From contig CAWCXJ010000005.1 in assembly GCA_963799485.1 (NCBI GenBank), positions 32,001 through 96,000 of the forward strand: a stretch of DNA of 64,000 bases. The letters run 5' to 3'. Positions 38,235 through 48,660 of the stretch are shown piece by piece. The translations under genes and the position numbers were made by a program. The stretch comes from an uncultured Trueperaceae bacterium (GTDB taxonomy: Bacteria > Deinococcota > Deinococci > Deinococcales > Trueperaceae). The notes under the pieces are model-generated. The model did no database searches. It saw only the letters and a program-made list of their open reading frames with translations, and was not told the DNA's origin. Within the stretch, counting starts at the first letter, position 1; each line of letters begins with the position of its first letter.

Positions 38235-39284
38235 CTAAAGCGACGCCTCGGCAAAGGTCGCCATCTCCGCGAGGGCACTAGCTGCACCTTCTAACAGGCC
38301 GAACGCCAGCACCGCGCCGGTGCCTTCGCCGAGCCGGAGGTTTAGGTCGAACAGAGGCTCCAGTCCCAAATACGCCAACTGCACCCGGTGCCCCCGCTCT
38401 TGCGACAGGTGCGAGGCGAACAGGTAATCTTTTACGGCGGGCTCGAGTTCCGCGGCTACGAGCGCCGCCGCCGTAGCGATAAACCCGTCCAGGACGACCG
38501 GCGTTTTAGCGGCTGCCGCGCCGAGATAGAACCCGGTCAGCGCTGCGATTTCAAAGCCGCCCAGACGGGCAAGTGCGTCTAGTGGGTCGGCGACGCTCTC
38601 CCGGTGTTTCGTCAGGGCTTTTTCAACGACCCCGATTTTACGGGCCAGACCTTCGTCGTCAACGCCCGTCCCGCGCCCGGTGACGGCTTCAGCACCGTAT
38701 CCTGTCAGGGGCCCCGTAAAAAAAGCGGTCAGGGCAGCGGCGGCGGTCGTGTTGCCGATGCCCATTTCGCCGCCTGCGAGCAGGTCGGCACCTTTTGAGG
38801 TGAGTTCTTGGGCGGCCCCAATCCCCACCTCACACGCCGCTTCAGCCTCGGCGCGGGTCATCGCCGGGCCGTCCAGCATGTTCTGCGTGCCGCGTGCAAT
38901 TTTACGCGACCAGAAGTTCGGATGCGGCGCAAAGTCGCCGTCCACCCCGACATCGACGATGAGTAGCTCGGCTCCGGCGCTTTTCGCAAGCGCGTTGACG
39001 GCTGCACCCCCCGCTAAAAAGTTCTGCACCATCCCGGCGGTTATCTCGCGCGGATAGGCCGACACACCCGTAACGCCGTGGTCGGCGGCAAAAACGGCGA
39101 TAGCTTTGTTCGTAATGACGGGTTTTACGGTGCCCTGAACGGCGGCGAGGCGGGCGCCGATCCCTTCGAGCCGCCCCAAACTCCCCGGCGGTTTGGTCAG
39201 GGTGGCGTGACGTTCCAGCGCTTTGTGGTAGACCTGCGCGTCGACCTTTTTAATCTGTGCGAGTGTTTGGGCGAGTTCAGTCAA
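38235..39284 (-). CDS. cobT: Nicotinate-nucleotide-dimethylbenzimidazole phosphoribosyltransferase
   Basis: LTKPPGSLGRLE, FAADHGV, GEMGIGNTT, GRGTG, GGFEIAA, LRLGEGTGA. Confidence 0.95.
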   Translation of the reverse strand: MTELAQTLAQIKKVDAQVYHKALERHATLTKPPGSLGRLEGIGARLAAVQGTVKPVITNKAIAVFAADHGVTGVSAYPREITAGMVQNFLAGGAAVNALAKSAGAELLIVDVGVDGDFAPHPNFWSRKIARGTQNMLDGPAMTRAEAEAACEVGIGAAQELTSKGADLLAGGEMGIGNTTAAAALTAFFTGPLTGYGAEAVTGRGTGVDDEGLARKIGVVEKALTKHRESVADPLDALARLGGFEIAALTGFYLGAAAAKTPVVLDGFIATAAALVAAELEPAVKDYLFASHLSQERGHRVQLAYLGLEPLFDLNLRLGEGTGAVLAFGLLEGAASALAEMATFAEASL

Positions 39285-41301
39285 GAGAAACCTCCGGCAG
39301 TGTGCCTTTAAGCGTTTGCGGCAAGCCGACCACACAAAGCGCCACCGCGTCGGCGGCTGCGGCGACGCGGGCGTTGGCGAGACCCAGCGCGTCGCGGTAA
39401 AGACGGCCCAGTGGATAGGCCGGCACGACGCCGCTCCCGACTTCGTTGGTGACGATGACGAGCGTTTTACGGCCCGCACGAACCGTTTGAATGAGGTCGT
39501 TTACGGCGTCTAAAACGGTTTGAGTCACAGCTTCACCGTCATGTTCGTGCGCGAGCAAGATGTTCGACACCAGCCCCGAGAGGCAGTCGAGCAAAATCAC
39601 TTCTTCAGAGCTTTCGGCAATGGCGGCGGCGGGGGAGAAGGGGGTCTCGAGCGTCCGCCAGCTTTCAGGCCGCCGCGCCCGGTGCGTCTCGATCCGCCGC
39701 GTCATCTCGTCGTCGCCGGCGGCTAACGTTGCCAGATAGAGGGCGTTTTCGCCCCGGCCCAAAAAGTGTGTCACCAACGCCTCGGCGTAACGCGACTTGC
39801 CCGACCGCACGCCGCCTGTCACGAGAATGAGTTGTGAACGGCGTGGTTTTGAGGGTTTGAATACGGCGTCGGTTATTGTGTCCGTGTCGAGGTGCGCTTC
39901 TACATGGTCGGCGAGGGTCTCGAGCGTTTTGTCCAACGCCGCGGCCCGGTCGGTATCCGAGCTTTGAACCCCTAAAGCGCCCAGAAACGCCCGCCGAAAC
40001 GCCGTGTCTTCAAACAGCCCGTGCAGATAGACGCCCGTCACGTTTTTCCGCCGGAAGCCGAGACCGTCTGACAGATACGGTTTCGTCTCGCCCCGGGCGC
40101 GGCTCTGACCGTGGTGGATTTCGTAGCCTGACACCTTTACGTCAGCCGATAAAAGCTCAGCGGTGGTCTGCCGCGTGACTTTCTCGGTTTCCAAGGTCGT
40201 GTCGAGCCCCAACAGTCCCAAGCCCGCAAAACTGCTCCCTTCGCCCTCTTCAACGCCGTGCGGGTCGTTTACGCGTTCCCCGAGCAGTTGCAAGCCGCCG
40301 CACACGCCTAAAATCGGGGTTCCGGCTTGAGCATGTGCCTTGACCGTTTCGGAAAGTCCTGTGCGCCCCAGCCACGCAGCGTCGGCGGCGACGTGTTTCG
40401 ACCCCGGCAAGATGATGAGTCCGGCTCCGGTGAGCGCTTCGGGCGCGTCTACCCAGCGCAAAGACACGCCCGGTTCATGTGCCAGTGCGTCGAATTCGTC
40501 GAAGTTGGAGACGGTAGGCAGCTTGAGCACGGCGACCTGTAAGCCTGCGTCCGGCCCTGTGGTTGATTCGGTGCCGACCTGTAAGGTGTGCGCGTCTTCT
40601 TCGGGTAAAGTAAGTGGCAAGTACGGCACCACGCCGAGGGTTGGGACATTTGTCCGAGCCCTCAGCCACCCCGTCCCGCCCCCCAACAGCTTCGGGTCGC
40701 CGCGAAACTTGTTCAGCACGAAACCCAGCAGCGACGCCCTTTCGTCCTCGTCCAGACACGCCCACGTCCCTAAAAGGTGGGCGAACGCGCCGCCCCGGTC
40801 GATGTCGGCGCACAGCAGGACGCGGGCCTGGGCCTCGAGCGCCACCCGCATATTGACAATATCGCCCGCTTTCAAATTGACCTCAGCAGGACTGCCCGCA
40901 CCCTCGATGACGACCAGCTCGAACTCGCTTAACAAACTGTGAAGTGAACGTTGCACGACGGGCCACAGCGCCGTTTTACGGTCTGTCCAGGGCAATCTTG
41001 CCACCGTCTCGTCGCGTTTACCCAGCACCACGACCTGCGAACGGGTGTCGCCTTCGGGTTTGATCAACACCGGGTTCATCCGCACGTCGGGCGTGACACC
41101 GGCGGCGTGCGCCTGGGTGAGCTGGGCGCGGCCCATCTCCAGACCTGCCGGCGTCACCCCGGCGTTGTTGCTCATGTTCTGCGCCTTGAACGGCGCGACC
41201 CGGACGCCGCGCCGTGCGTAGATTCGGCACAAGGCTGCTGTCAGGTACGACTTGCCCGCGCTCGAGCTGCACCCCTGCACCATCAAAGCCCGCCCCGTCA
41301 C
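39277..41301 (-). CDS. cobQ: Cobyric acid synthase CobQ fused to adenosylcobinamide kinase/guanylyltransferase CobU
   Basis: QGCSSSAGKS, PFKAQNMS, EGAGSPAEVN, DIDRGG, GVCGG, GYEIH, YLHG; then VTGGVRSGKSRYAE, RI..HR.RRP, LDCL, VTNEVGSG, YRDALG. One continuous ORF. Confidence 0.93.
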   Translation of the reverse strand: MTGRALMVQGCSSSAGKSYLTAALCRIYARRGVRVAPFKAQNMSNNAGVTPAGLEMGRAQLTQAHAAGVTPDVRMNPVLIKPEGDTRSQVVVLGKRDETVARLPWTDRKTALWPVVQRSLHSLLSEFELVVIEGAGSPAEVNLKAGDIVNMRVALEAQARVLLCADIDRGGAFAHLLGTWACLDEDERASLLGFVLNKFRGDPKLLGGGTGWLRARTNVPTLGVVPYLPLTLPEEDAHTLQVGTESTTGPDAGLQVAVLKLPTVSNFDEFDALAHEPGVSLRWVDAPEALTGAGLIILPGSKHVAADAAWLGRTGLSETVKAHAQAGTPILGVCGGLQLLGERVNDPHGVEEGEGSSFAGLGLLGLDTTLETEKVTRQTTAELLSADVKVSGYEIHHGQSRARGETKPYLSDGLGFRRKNVTGVYLHGLFEDTAFRRAFLGALGVQSSDTDRAAALDKTLETLADHVEAHLDTDTITDAVFKPSKPRRSQLILVTGGVRSGKSRYAEALVTHFLGRGENALYLATLAAGDDEMTRRIETHRARRPESWRTLETPFSPAAAIAESSEEVILLDCLSGLVSNILLAHEHDGEAVTQTVLDAVNDLIQTVRAGRKTLVIVTNEVGSGVVPAYPLGRLYRDALGLANARVAAAADAVALCVVGLPQTLKGTLPEVSLD

Positions 41302-41909
41302 CGTAAACTCTCCGTCAGGTCTTCCAGGTGTGCCACGTCCCCCACCGTTTTGATAATCGCGCCCGCGTCGCCCAAAACGAGTTTGGTCAGGCTCGCCGCG
41401 CCGACCTCGAAACGCCATGCTTGACCGTTGGGGACGCCTGTCAGACCGTAAAGAACGGCCCGGATGGGGCCGCCGTGCGTAAAGGCGAGTACGCGGCCTG
41501 TTTGCGGCAACGCCCCGAGCCACGTCTGGACGCGGGTCTCTAGCTCCCCGTAAGTTTCGCCGTCTGTTGGAGCGTTGCGGTAAGGGTCTTCGTACCAGGC
41601 GTTTACGGCGTCCGCGTCGTTCTCAGCGACCTCTCCCCAGCTTCGGCCTTCCCAAGCGCCAAAGCCGAGTTCGCGTAAGCGGGTCTCGAGCGTGACGTTT
41701 ACGGCGGGAAGTGAGAGCTGCGCCGTTTCAATGGTCCGTTTGAGGTCAGAGCTGTAGACTGCCGTAAAAGATGTATGAGCCAGCCTCGGTGCCAGCTTTT
41801 GCGCCTGCACCCTGCCGGTTTCCGACAAGGGCGGGTCGCCCCAGCCCTGTACGCGGCCCTCGGTGTTCCACACGGTTGCGCCGTGCCGCACGAGCCAGAG
41901 TTCTAGCAT
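41298..41909 (-). CDS. cobC: Histidine phosphatase (alpha-ribazole phosphatase-like)
   Basis: LVRHG.T.WN, YSSDLKR, RELGFG.WEG, THGG; located in the cob operon. Confidence 0.8.
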   Translation of the reverse strand: MLELWLVRHGATVWNTEGRVQGWGDPPLSETGRVQAQKLAPRLAHTSFTAVYSSDLKRTIETAQLSLPAVNVTLETRLRELGFGAWEGRSWGEVAENDADAVNAWYEDPYRNAPTDGETYGELETRVQTWLGALPQTGRVLAFTHGGPIRAVLYGLTGVPNGQAWRFEVGAASLTKLVLGDAGAIIKTVGDVAHLEDLTESLR

Positions 41910-41916
41910 GGGTTCA

Positions 41917-42945
41917 TCACAGCGCCAACCACTCGAGCAACGCGCTGTTGTCTTCTCGACGTTGGGCGGCCAAGCGGACACAGGCCCTGAGGCCGAAGCT
42001 CGAGGCGTCCCGTACCCGAAACCCGGCGGCTTTCGCCCGCGCCGTAAACCCGGCGGCGTCCCCGACCGCTACGAGAAAAAAGCTCGCCGCACTCGCCCAC
42101 GTTTCAAAGCCCAGGTTTTGTACCCCTGTTTGAAACATTTGGCGAAGCTCGAGCAGCTCAGGAACCGTCTTTTCTACAAACGCTTGGCCTTCAGCACGGC
42201 ACCAGTGAACAGCCGCCGCAGCGGGCGTACTTACGGGCCAGGGCGGAGCTGCGCGGCGGAGGGTCTCAGCAATCTCGGGCGGCGCAGCGGCGTACCCGGC
42301 GCGAAGTCCGGCAATGCCAAAGGTTTTCGTTAAGGGAAAAAGCGTTACGGCAGCTTCGGGTATTTCCCGGGTGGCGGCGCTCAGCTCGAGATACGCCGCG
42401 TCAATCACCAGGAGGGCGTCGTGTTTTTGGCAGGTGTCAGCAACTTCTGCCAAAGATTCTTTACCCCAAGCGTGCCCGGTCGGGTTGTTCGGTTGACAGA
42501 GCCAAACCAGCGTAGGCCGGATGTTTTGAACGGCGTAAACGAGTGCGGCAACGTCCGGCTCAGCACCCTTCGCGTAAACGTTGCACATAGCTATCCTCGC
42601 ACCGTAAAGCTGCGCGGCCCGCACGTACTCGCCAAAACTCGGCGCGGCGACGAGGACACCTCTGCCGGGCTGCAAATAACACGCTGAGAGTCGGTAGATC
42701 AGCTCTGCAGCGCCGCCCAGCACGATATTTTCCAGAGGAACGCTATGAAAACGGGCTGCTGCTGTTCGCGCTTCGCCGTAACTCGGGTCGGGGTAGCTCG
42801 AGACCTCAACTGCTCCCAGCTGCCCCAGCAGTTCAGCAGGTGGCCCGAACGGGTTGCTGTTGACGCTAAAGTCGAACCGAACATGCGCGCCGTCCGGCCC
42901 GCCGTGCGCCGCGTAGGGTGGGAGCGTCAAGACGGGTTCAGGCAC
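41917..42945 (-). CDS. cobD: L-threonine-O-3-phosphate decarboxylase-like PLP enzyme
   Basis: HGG, DFSVNSNPFGP, YPDP, CQPNNPTG, IDAAY, LTKTFGIAGLRAGY. Confidence 0.8.
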   Translation of the reverse strand: MPEPVLTLPPYAAHGGPDGAHVRFDFSVNSNPFGPPAELLGQLGAVEVSSYPDPSYGEARTAAARFHSVPLENIVLGGAAELIYRLSACYLQPGRGVLVAAPSFGEYVRAAQLYGARIAMCNVYAKGAEPDVAALVYAVQNIRPTLVWLCQPNNPTGHAWGKESLAEVADTCQKHDALLVIDAAYLELSAATREIPEAAVTLFPLTKTFGIAGLRAGYAAAPPEIAETLRRAAPPWPVSTPAAAAVHWCRAEGQAFVEKTVPELLELRQMFQTGVQNLGFETWASAASFFLVAVGDAAGFTARAKAAGFRVRDASSFGLRACVRLAAQRREDNSALLEWLAL

Positions 42946-43867
42946 GCCTTAGCCTCGTAAGCGCGTACAGGCCGAAACCGAACAGGACGGTCAATTTAAT
43001 CACGTGTTTTGTCCGGTCGATGTCTGCGGCTGCCGGGGTGCGGCCCGTTTCGTTGAGGGTGTAGACGCCGCGCTTCTCGAGCCTTACCCCTAACCCTTTA
43101 GCGGTCAGCGCCATCGTCACACCTCCGTTTGGGCTCGGGGTACGGTTGCAGTCTCTGAGCATCAGCGCCCAGCTTCTACGCGCCGGTGCGCCGGTTAGGA
43201 GTAGCGCCGGGTAGAGCAGTGCCGCCGCGAGGCGGGCCGGAACAAAGTTCAGTACGTCGTCTGTGCGAGCGGCAAATTTGCCGAAATACTCCAACTCCGG
43301 CGTGCGGTAACCGAGTACGGCGTCGGCGGTGTTGACAAACCGGTAAACCGCCGCCCCCGGTAAGCCGAACAGCGCAAAATAAAAGAGCGGCGCAACGATG
43401 CTGTCGGTCAGGTTTTCAGCGAGCGAAGAGACAGCTGCCCCGGCAACCTCACCTTCAGAAAGCGCTGAAGTGTCGCGGCTGACGAGGTGCCACGCCAAGA
43501 GCCGCCGCGCTTCCGGTAAGTTTTCAGCAAGGAGTGCGTCCTGTACACTGTCTCCGGCTTCTAAAAGGGCCGAAAGACTGAAGAGGGGTTTGAGCATCAG
43601 CGCTGTGCCGAAGCCTTTTACGGGCCGGGGGAGACGGGCGAGTCCTTTTTCCACGGCCCAAGCCGCCGCGCCGCACGCCGCCGCGCCGATAAAGACGAAC
43701 CCTGCACCTGTCATAAACTGCTTGCGCGGGGACGAGGAGAGTTGCAACAACCAGTCCTTCAGCCCCAAATACTGCCCCATTCCCACAACCGGGTGAAACC
43801 GCGTCGGCGGTTCGCCAAAACGGGCGTCGATTAAAACGCTCAGCAGCGCCGCGCCACCCTTAGCCAT
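42938..43867 (-). CDS. cbiB: Adenosylcobinamide-phosphate synthase
   Basis: D..FGEP..HPV, LVSRDT, LAENLTDSIVAPLFY, YRFVNTADA..GY, FGKFAARTDD..NFVPARL, SPN. Confidence 0.92.
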   Translation of the reverse strand: MAKGGAALLSVLIDARFGEPPTRFHPVVGMGQYLGLKDWLLQLSSSPRKQFMTGAGFVFIGAAACGAAAWAVEKGLARLPRPVKGFGTALMLKPLFSLSALLEAGDSVQDALLAENLPEARRLLAWHLVSRDTSALSEGEVAGAAVSSLAENLTDSIVAPLFYFALFGLPGAAVYRFVNTADAVLGYRTPELEYFGKFAARTDDVLNFVPARLAAALLYPALLLTGAPARRSWALMLRDCNRTPSPNGGVTMALTAKGLGVRLEKRGVYTLNETGRTPAAADIDRTKHVIKLTVLFGFGLYALTRLRRA

Positions 43868-44433
43868 CAGTGTTCGATGCCGCGCTGCGCCGGAACATCG
43901 GCGTCGAAGGCGTGCTTGATTTTCTTCATCTCGGTGACGGTATCGGCGGCGGCAACCAGTTTTTCGTGTGCGTCGCGGCCTGTCAAGACGACGTGCAGCT
44001 TTTCCGGGCGTGACGCCAACGTTTCCACCACGTCGTCGGGACTAATCCAACCCCACGATACCGGATAGGTCACTTCGTCGAGGACAATCAGGTCGTACTG
44101 ACCGCTTAAGATAGCCGCCTTCGCCGCCTCCCAGCCGGCAACCGCGAGCGCCTGACTCTGATCCAAATCTTGTGAGCGCCACGAAAAACCGTCGCCGAGA
44201 CCTGCGAACGGAATACCCAGCTCGCTCAGCGCGCGGTGTTCGCCGAACTTGGCCCCTTCGTGCTTGATAAATTGAAACAGCCGCGTTTTGAGGCCGCGCC
44301 CGTGTGCGCGCATCAGTAGACCTAGCGCCGCCGTCGTCTTACCTTTGCCGTGCCCGGTATTGATGATGACCAGCCCGCGCCGTTCGCCCTGAGCTTTTAC
44401 GGTTTTACGGTCGGTGGGGGGTGTTTGGGACAT
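43867..44433 (-). CDS. cobO: Cob(I)yrinic acid a,c-diamide adenosyltransferase
   Basis: [36 protein letters not shown]...AQRGIE. Confidence 0.95.
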   Translation of the reverse strand: MSQTPPTDRKTVKAQGERRGLVIINTGHGKGKTTAALGLLMRAHGRGLKTRLFQFIKHEGAKFGEHRALSELGIPFAGLGDGFSWRSQDLDQSQALAVAGWEAAKAAILSGQYDLIVLDEVTYPVSWGWISPDDVVETLASRPEKLHVVLTGRDAHEKLVAAADTVTEMKKIKHAFDADVPAQRGIEH

Positions 44434-44447
44434 CGTTTCTCCAATGT

Positions 44448-45141
44448 TTAGCTGGGGGTGAGAGCTGCTAACAGCGCTTTGTAGACCGTTTCGGCAACCA
44501 GAAAGCCGGGTGGGGTGGCGAGCCCGGCGTAAAGGCTGTAGGGGTTTGGGTTCAAGTTGATGATGGTTACTGTGTCGGTGGTCGTGCCGGTGGCGGTTTC
44601 GCCGAAACGGGTGGTAACGCCCGCTTTTCTGAAGGCAGCGGCTTTTGCTTCGGTGGCGCTCTGCACCGCGCCGATAAGGGCGGCGGGGCTCAGGCGACCC
44701 TCGAGCAACACAATGATATTGACTGTACCCGCAGGCTCTCCCAGCGTAAACCGTCCCCCCGCCGCTGCTGCGTTGCCGACGCCCGCCGTAACCAGGGCGT
44801 GAACCCGCCAGCCTGAACGCTCAGCCGTCACAACCTGCACATCAGCCATGCCGACCGCCGTGATGAGCCCGACGGTTGTTTCGGGCGAGAGTCCCAAACG
44901 CGCCACATACTGCGTCATATCGGCTTCGGGGTCGTCACTAGAATGGTCACTGTGCCAGTTTTTATCGACGCTCCGGTTGACGACGGCGCGGCGGAGGCCG
45001 AAACCGCCGTTTAGGGGGGCGCTCGAAGACCCCCTCACAAGCTTCGTCAAACGTGATGATTAGATGATGTCCCCGGCTCTCAGTCGGTAAGGTGCGCTCA
45101 ACCTTAACGCCGGGAATAGCCAGGTTTACGGCGTCGGTCAT
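44448..45141 (-). CDS. cbiZ: Adenosylcobinamide amidohydrolase, frameshifted at a G run near 45030-45034
   Basis: [38 protein letters not shown]. The N-terminus MTDAV...IITFDEACE lies in another frame; total length is 3n+1. Confidence 0.82.
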
Positions 45142-45866
45142 AGGAGTACCGCGACGCTCAGCATAACGGCTTCGCTCGTCTCGATCAGTGCGCCGTAAGC
45201 GTCGCCGCCGAGCCCGCCTAGCCGGTTTGACAGCCACGGAGCGAGCAGCGAAATGGTAAAAAGTGCTGCGAACGTCAACCCCAAAAAAGCCGTCAGCGTT
45301 TGCGTCAGGACAGCTGCGCCAAGTCCCAGCGCCAAACCCAAGACGAGTGGAAACCACGCAGCAGCGAGTCCCGGTTGGGTGTTTTGTCCAAGTCGGCTCG
45401 AGCCGTGCGTCCTCCCCAGCGCCAGCGGTAATATGATAAGTGTCCGGCTCAAAAGCAAAGTGAGCAGGAGAAGGGCGGGTTGCACGCTCCCGAGCACCGC
45501 CGCCTTGACGAGTAACAGCACGCCACCTGCGGCAAGCGCAAACGCACCCAAATGCGGGTCTTTAGCGATCTTCTGACGTTCTTCGGGCGACTTGCTCGCG
45601 AACGCTGCGTCCGCCACGTCGCAAAATCCGTCGAAGTGGAGCGCGCCGGTCAAAAGTAGCGATGTGCCCAGCAGGAGCGCACCGCGTAGCGTGTCCGGCA
45701 GCGGCCCCAACATCCACGCTGCGCCCCACAAAATAGCGCCGAGCAGCAGCCCGACGAGCGGATACGCCCGCACGCTCCGCCGCGCGTCGCCCTCTCGCCA
45801 CACGTTTACGGGGGGCAGCGGCAGCGTCGTTAAAAACGTCAGGGCGACGTGCAGGGCGCGGACCAT
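45138..45866 (-). CDS. cobS: Adenosylcobinamide-GDP ribazoletransferase (cobalamin synthase)
   Basis: FLTTLP, YPLVG, TGALHFDGFCDVAD, KDPHLGAF, GGLGGDAYGA..E. Confidence 0.93.
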   Translation of the reverse strand: MVRALHVALTFLTTLPLPPVNVWREGDARRSVRAYPLVGLLLGAILWGAAWMLGPLPDTLRGALLLGTSLLLTGALHFDGFCDVADAAFASKSPEERQKIAKDPHLGAFALAAGGVLLLVKAAVLGSVQPALLLLTLLLSRTLIILPLALGRTHGSSRLGQNTQPGLAAAWFPLVLGLALGLGAAVLTQTLTAFLGLTFAALFTISLLAPWLSNRLGGLGGDAYGALIETSEAVMLSVAVLL

Positions 45867-45872
45867 GTGAGG

Positions 45873-46760
45873 CTAGCGGGTTGCGGGACCGAATACGCTG
45901 GGATGGAGCGCCCGCGCAAAAAACGCTACCGCGTCGCCGATGCGTGGCCCCGGGCGGCTGATGGCGTCATTGATGACCGAATCTGTCGGAACGACGCGCT
46001 CATTTTTTACGGCGTCGATGCCCGCCCAACCGGGGCGCTCCGGCAGCGTTGCCGCGTCGCCTTCGCTGGTGATAATAACTTCGGGGTCGGCGGCGACAAT
46101 ATATTCGGGATCTAACTGCGGAAAGTCGCCTAAGCCTGCCGCGACGATGTTTTGGCCCCCGGCGCGGCTTAAGAGCACCCCGATAAACGAGTTCGGCCCG
46201 ACGCTGTAGGGGGTCGGGTCGATCTCGTAGTAGACCGAAACCGGCTCGAGCCCCTCGGCCCGCTCGCGTATCGCCCGGATACGCCCCTGAACTCGCCCGC
46301 TCAGGAGCGCCGCTTCGGTTTCACGGTTTAAGAGCGCACCCAGCACCGTAAACTTTTGGAACACTTCGCCAAAGGTCTGCGCGGTTCCGGCGTAGACGGG
46401 GATACCGAGTTGCCGCAGCGCCCCCGCGAGGTCGGACGATTCATCGACCAACACCAGGTCGGGGTTCAGGGCGACGATGGCCTCGAGGTTCGGTTCGAAC
46501 GCGCTGCCGAGTTTAGGCAACTCTTTAATACTTGCCGGAAAATTGCTGTAGGTATCGACGCCGACGAGTTTGTCGCAGGCGTTTAAGGCGCAGAGCGTTT
46601 CGGTATGACTCGGAATCATCGCCACGACGCGCGTCGGTTCGGCGGTGAGCGTCACTTCAAACCCCAAGTCGTCGGTGACCGTGTACGGATAGGTCGTTGC
46701 GTTAGCGACGAATCCAAACCATAAAACCACCGCAAATAAAACTTTGATAGAGCCCTTCAT
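45873..46760 (-). CDS. btuF: Cobalamin ABC transporter substrate-binding protein
   Basis: Signal peptide, YP.TVTDDLG, P.RVVA..PS.TE, E.IVALNPDLV, RPGPRI; first gene after the B12 riboswitch. Confidence 0.85.
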   Translation of the reverse strand: MKGSIKVLFAVVLWFGFVANATTYPYTVTDDLGFEVTLTAEPTRVVAMIPSHTETLCALNACDKLVGVDTYSNFPASIKELPKLGSAFEPNLEAIVALNPDLVLVDESSDLAGALRQLGIPVYAGTAQTFGEVFQKFTVLGALLNRETEAALLSGRVQGRIRAIRERAEGLEPVSVYYEIDPTPYSVGPNSFIGVLLSRAGGQNIVAAGLGDFPQLDPEYIVAADPEVIITSEGDAATLPERPGWAGIDAVKNERVVPTDSVINDAISRPGPRIGDAVAFFARALHPSVFGPATR

Positions 46761-46899
46761 GGTGCCTCCTCGGGCACCCGAGCAGCGGCAATTTGTTGAG
46801 GGTTAGGCCGACACCGTAAAAGTGGCTACTGACAAGCAGCTACCGTCATACCGTGAGCGCCGCCCGCCTCGGTCCGCGCCAGGGGTGCGTCTAGCGTCA

Positions 46900-47030
46900 A
46901 CACGCCGGTATTCGGGCTTCGCCGCGAGGTTTTGCGTTAAGACCTGTAGACGTTACCGTTGCGGGACAGCGCCGGACTTTCACCGGACTTCCCCAGCGTG
47001 GTGCGTGAGGGAGTTTACGGCGAAGGGGGC
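46900..47030 (-). ncRNA. Cobalamin (B12) riboswitch
   Basis: Minus strand GGGGAAGTCCGGTGAAAGTCCGGCGCTGTCCCGCAACGGTAA...AAGCCCGAATACCGGC, upstream of the cob operon. Confidence 0.92.
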
Positions 47031-47522
47031 GAGGTTGTCAATTACAGGTGTCGATTACAGGCGTTAATCAAGCCGGTTTTGCGGGAGAGAAACCGATATC
47101 GGGAGAACCGTCCGGTTCGGGACTCGAGCCCCCTCTTTAGAGGTCCGTGTACCCGACTCCGACCTTCATCAAAATATCGGGGGTAGTACGGTTGTGCGCC
47201 CCGGCGACTATCCTAAAACAAAATAAACGTGCGCGCAGACGTACTTTCTCGGCTACGGCAAGGCTCTGTGTGTACTGCTTTTCTGATACAGAAGTCCCTA
47301 TCTATTTACGTGTTTTAAGCTTACGGTGAAACACAAGTCACGTAGCTACCTGAACCGTCCGTGCAAATCAGGCCGAGGGCGTGTCGGGGCTACTGCCAGC
47401 GCATGAAAACATGATGGCAGTGTTGCAACGACCCCAGTGCGACGCTTTGGCGGTTTTGTAGCAGAGAGGCGTTTATCAAGCAAAACCAGGTCAGCGCCGT
47501 TTGGCAAGCCGAACCGCATCAG

Positions 47523-48602
47523 TTGCGGGCGATTCTCAAGGGTCTCGCCGAAGGTCTCGTGACCTTCGACTTGCGCGGCGACGTCCTCAACCTCAACGCG
47601 TCGGCGCGCCGTCTTTACGGTATCGGAGAAACGACCCGCAACCTTGCAGTTGCCGAGCTCGCGGCGTACTGGTATCCGGACGGGAACGCGGTTCCGGACG
47701 AGGCGACGCCCGCTGCGCGGGTGCTGCGCGGTGAGACCTTTACGGCGTATGAGCTGTGGACGCGCCCGCATCACGGTGCAAACGGAGGGACAAGTAGTGG
47801 CAGCGCGAGCAAGTCCGGGCGTAATGAGGGGCGGTGGTTGGGGGCGTACAGCGGTACTCAGGTCGAAGATTCGCAGACGCTCGGGGTGCTGACGGTAAGC
47901 GACGTCACCAGGGAGCGCGAGCTCGCGGCCCGCTTTAGAGCCGCTTTTACGGTCAACCCGACCGCTATCAGCATCCTCCGGCTTAGCGACCTGCGTTTCA
48001 ACGACGTCAACGAAAGTTTTCTCGAGCTGACCGGCTACACCCGCGACGAGGTGGTCGGCAAGACCGCTGCCGACCTCAAGCTGTTTTTGGAGTACGGCAA
48101 ACGCGACGCCGCGCTCCGGCAGATGCGGCGCAACCGCAGCGACCAGGTTACCGAACACGAGGCGAGCTTGCAAACGAAAACCGGCGAGCAGCGCGAGGTT
48201 TCAAGTGAAGGCCGGGTGATTTTCTTCGACAGCGACCCGCACCTGATCGACACCTATATAGATATTACCGACCGTAAACGCTCCGAGCGCGAGCTGATGC
48301 AGGCGATTCAGGCGACGATGAGCGACACCTCGTGGTTTACCCGCGTGGTGATGGAAAAGCTTGCCGAGATACGCGCGGGTGGCGGGGTGCAACCGGGTCT
48401 CGAGCAGCTCACCAGGCGTGAACAAGGAGTCCTGGAGCTGCTCGCCCAGGGCTACGGCAATGAGCAGATTGCCCGCGAGTTGGGTTTGTCGAAACACACC
48501 GTCCGCAACTACGTGGCGACCATCTACAGCAAGCTCGAGGTCAAGTCGCGGGCCGAGGCGGTGGTCTGGGCGCGCGAGCGCGGGCTTATCTTTCCGGTCT
48601 AG
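47523..48602 (+). CDS. PAS-PAS-LuxR HTH transcriptional regulator (start uncertain)
   Basis: Two PAS-like segments (DVNESFLELTGYTRDEVVGK...DITDRK) and LTRREQGVLELLAQG..N..IA..L.LS.HTVRNY...IYSKL. Confidence 0.85.
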   Translation: MRAILKGLAEGLVTFDLRGDVLNLNASARRLYGIGETTRNLAVAELAAYWYPDGNAVPDEATPAARVLRGETFTAYELWTRPHHGANGGTSSGSASKSGRNEGRWLGAYSGTQVEDSQTLGVLTVSDVTRERELAARFRAAFTVNPTAISILRLSDLRFNDVNESFLELTGYTRDEVVGKTAADLKLFLEYGKRDAALRQMRRNRSDQVTEHEASLQTKTGEQREVSSEGRVIFFDSDPHLIDTYIDITDRKRSERELMQAIQATMSDTSWFTRVVMEKLAEIRAGGGVQPGLEQLTRREQGVLELLAQGYGNEQIARELGLSKHTVRNYVATIYSKLEVKSRAEAVVWARERGLIFPV

Positions 48603-48660
48603 ACTACAACCCGGTTCACGTGACAGACAGTGCTGCTATACCCCGAACCGACCGGGAACC

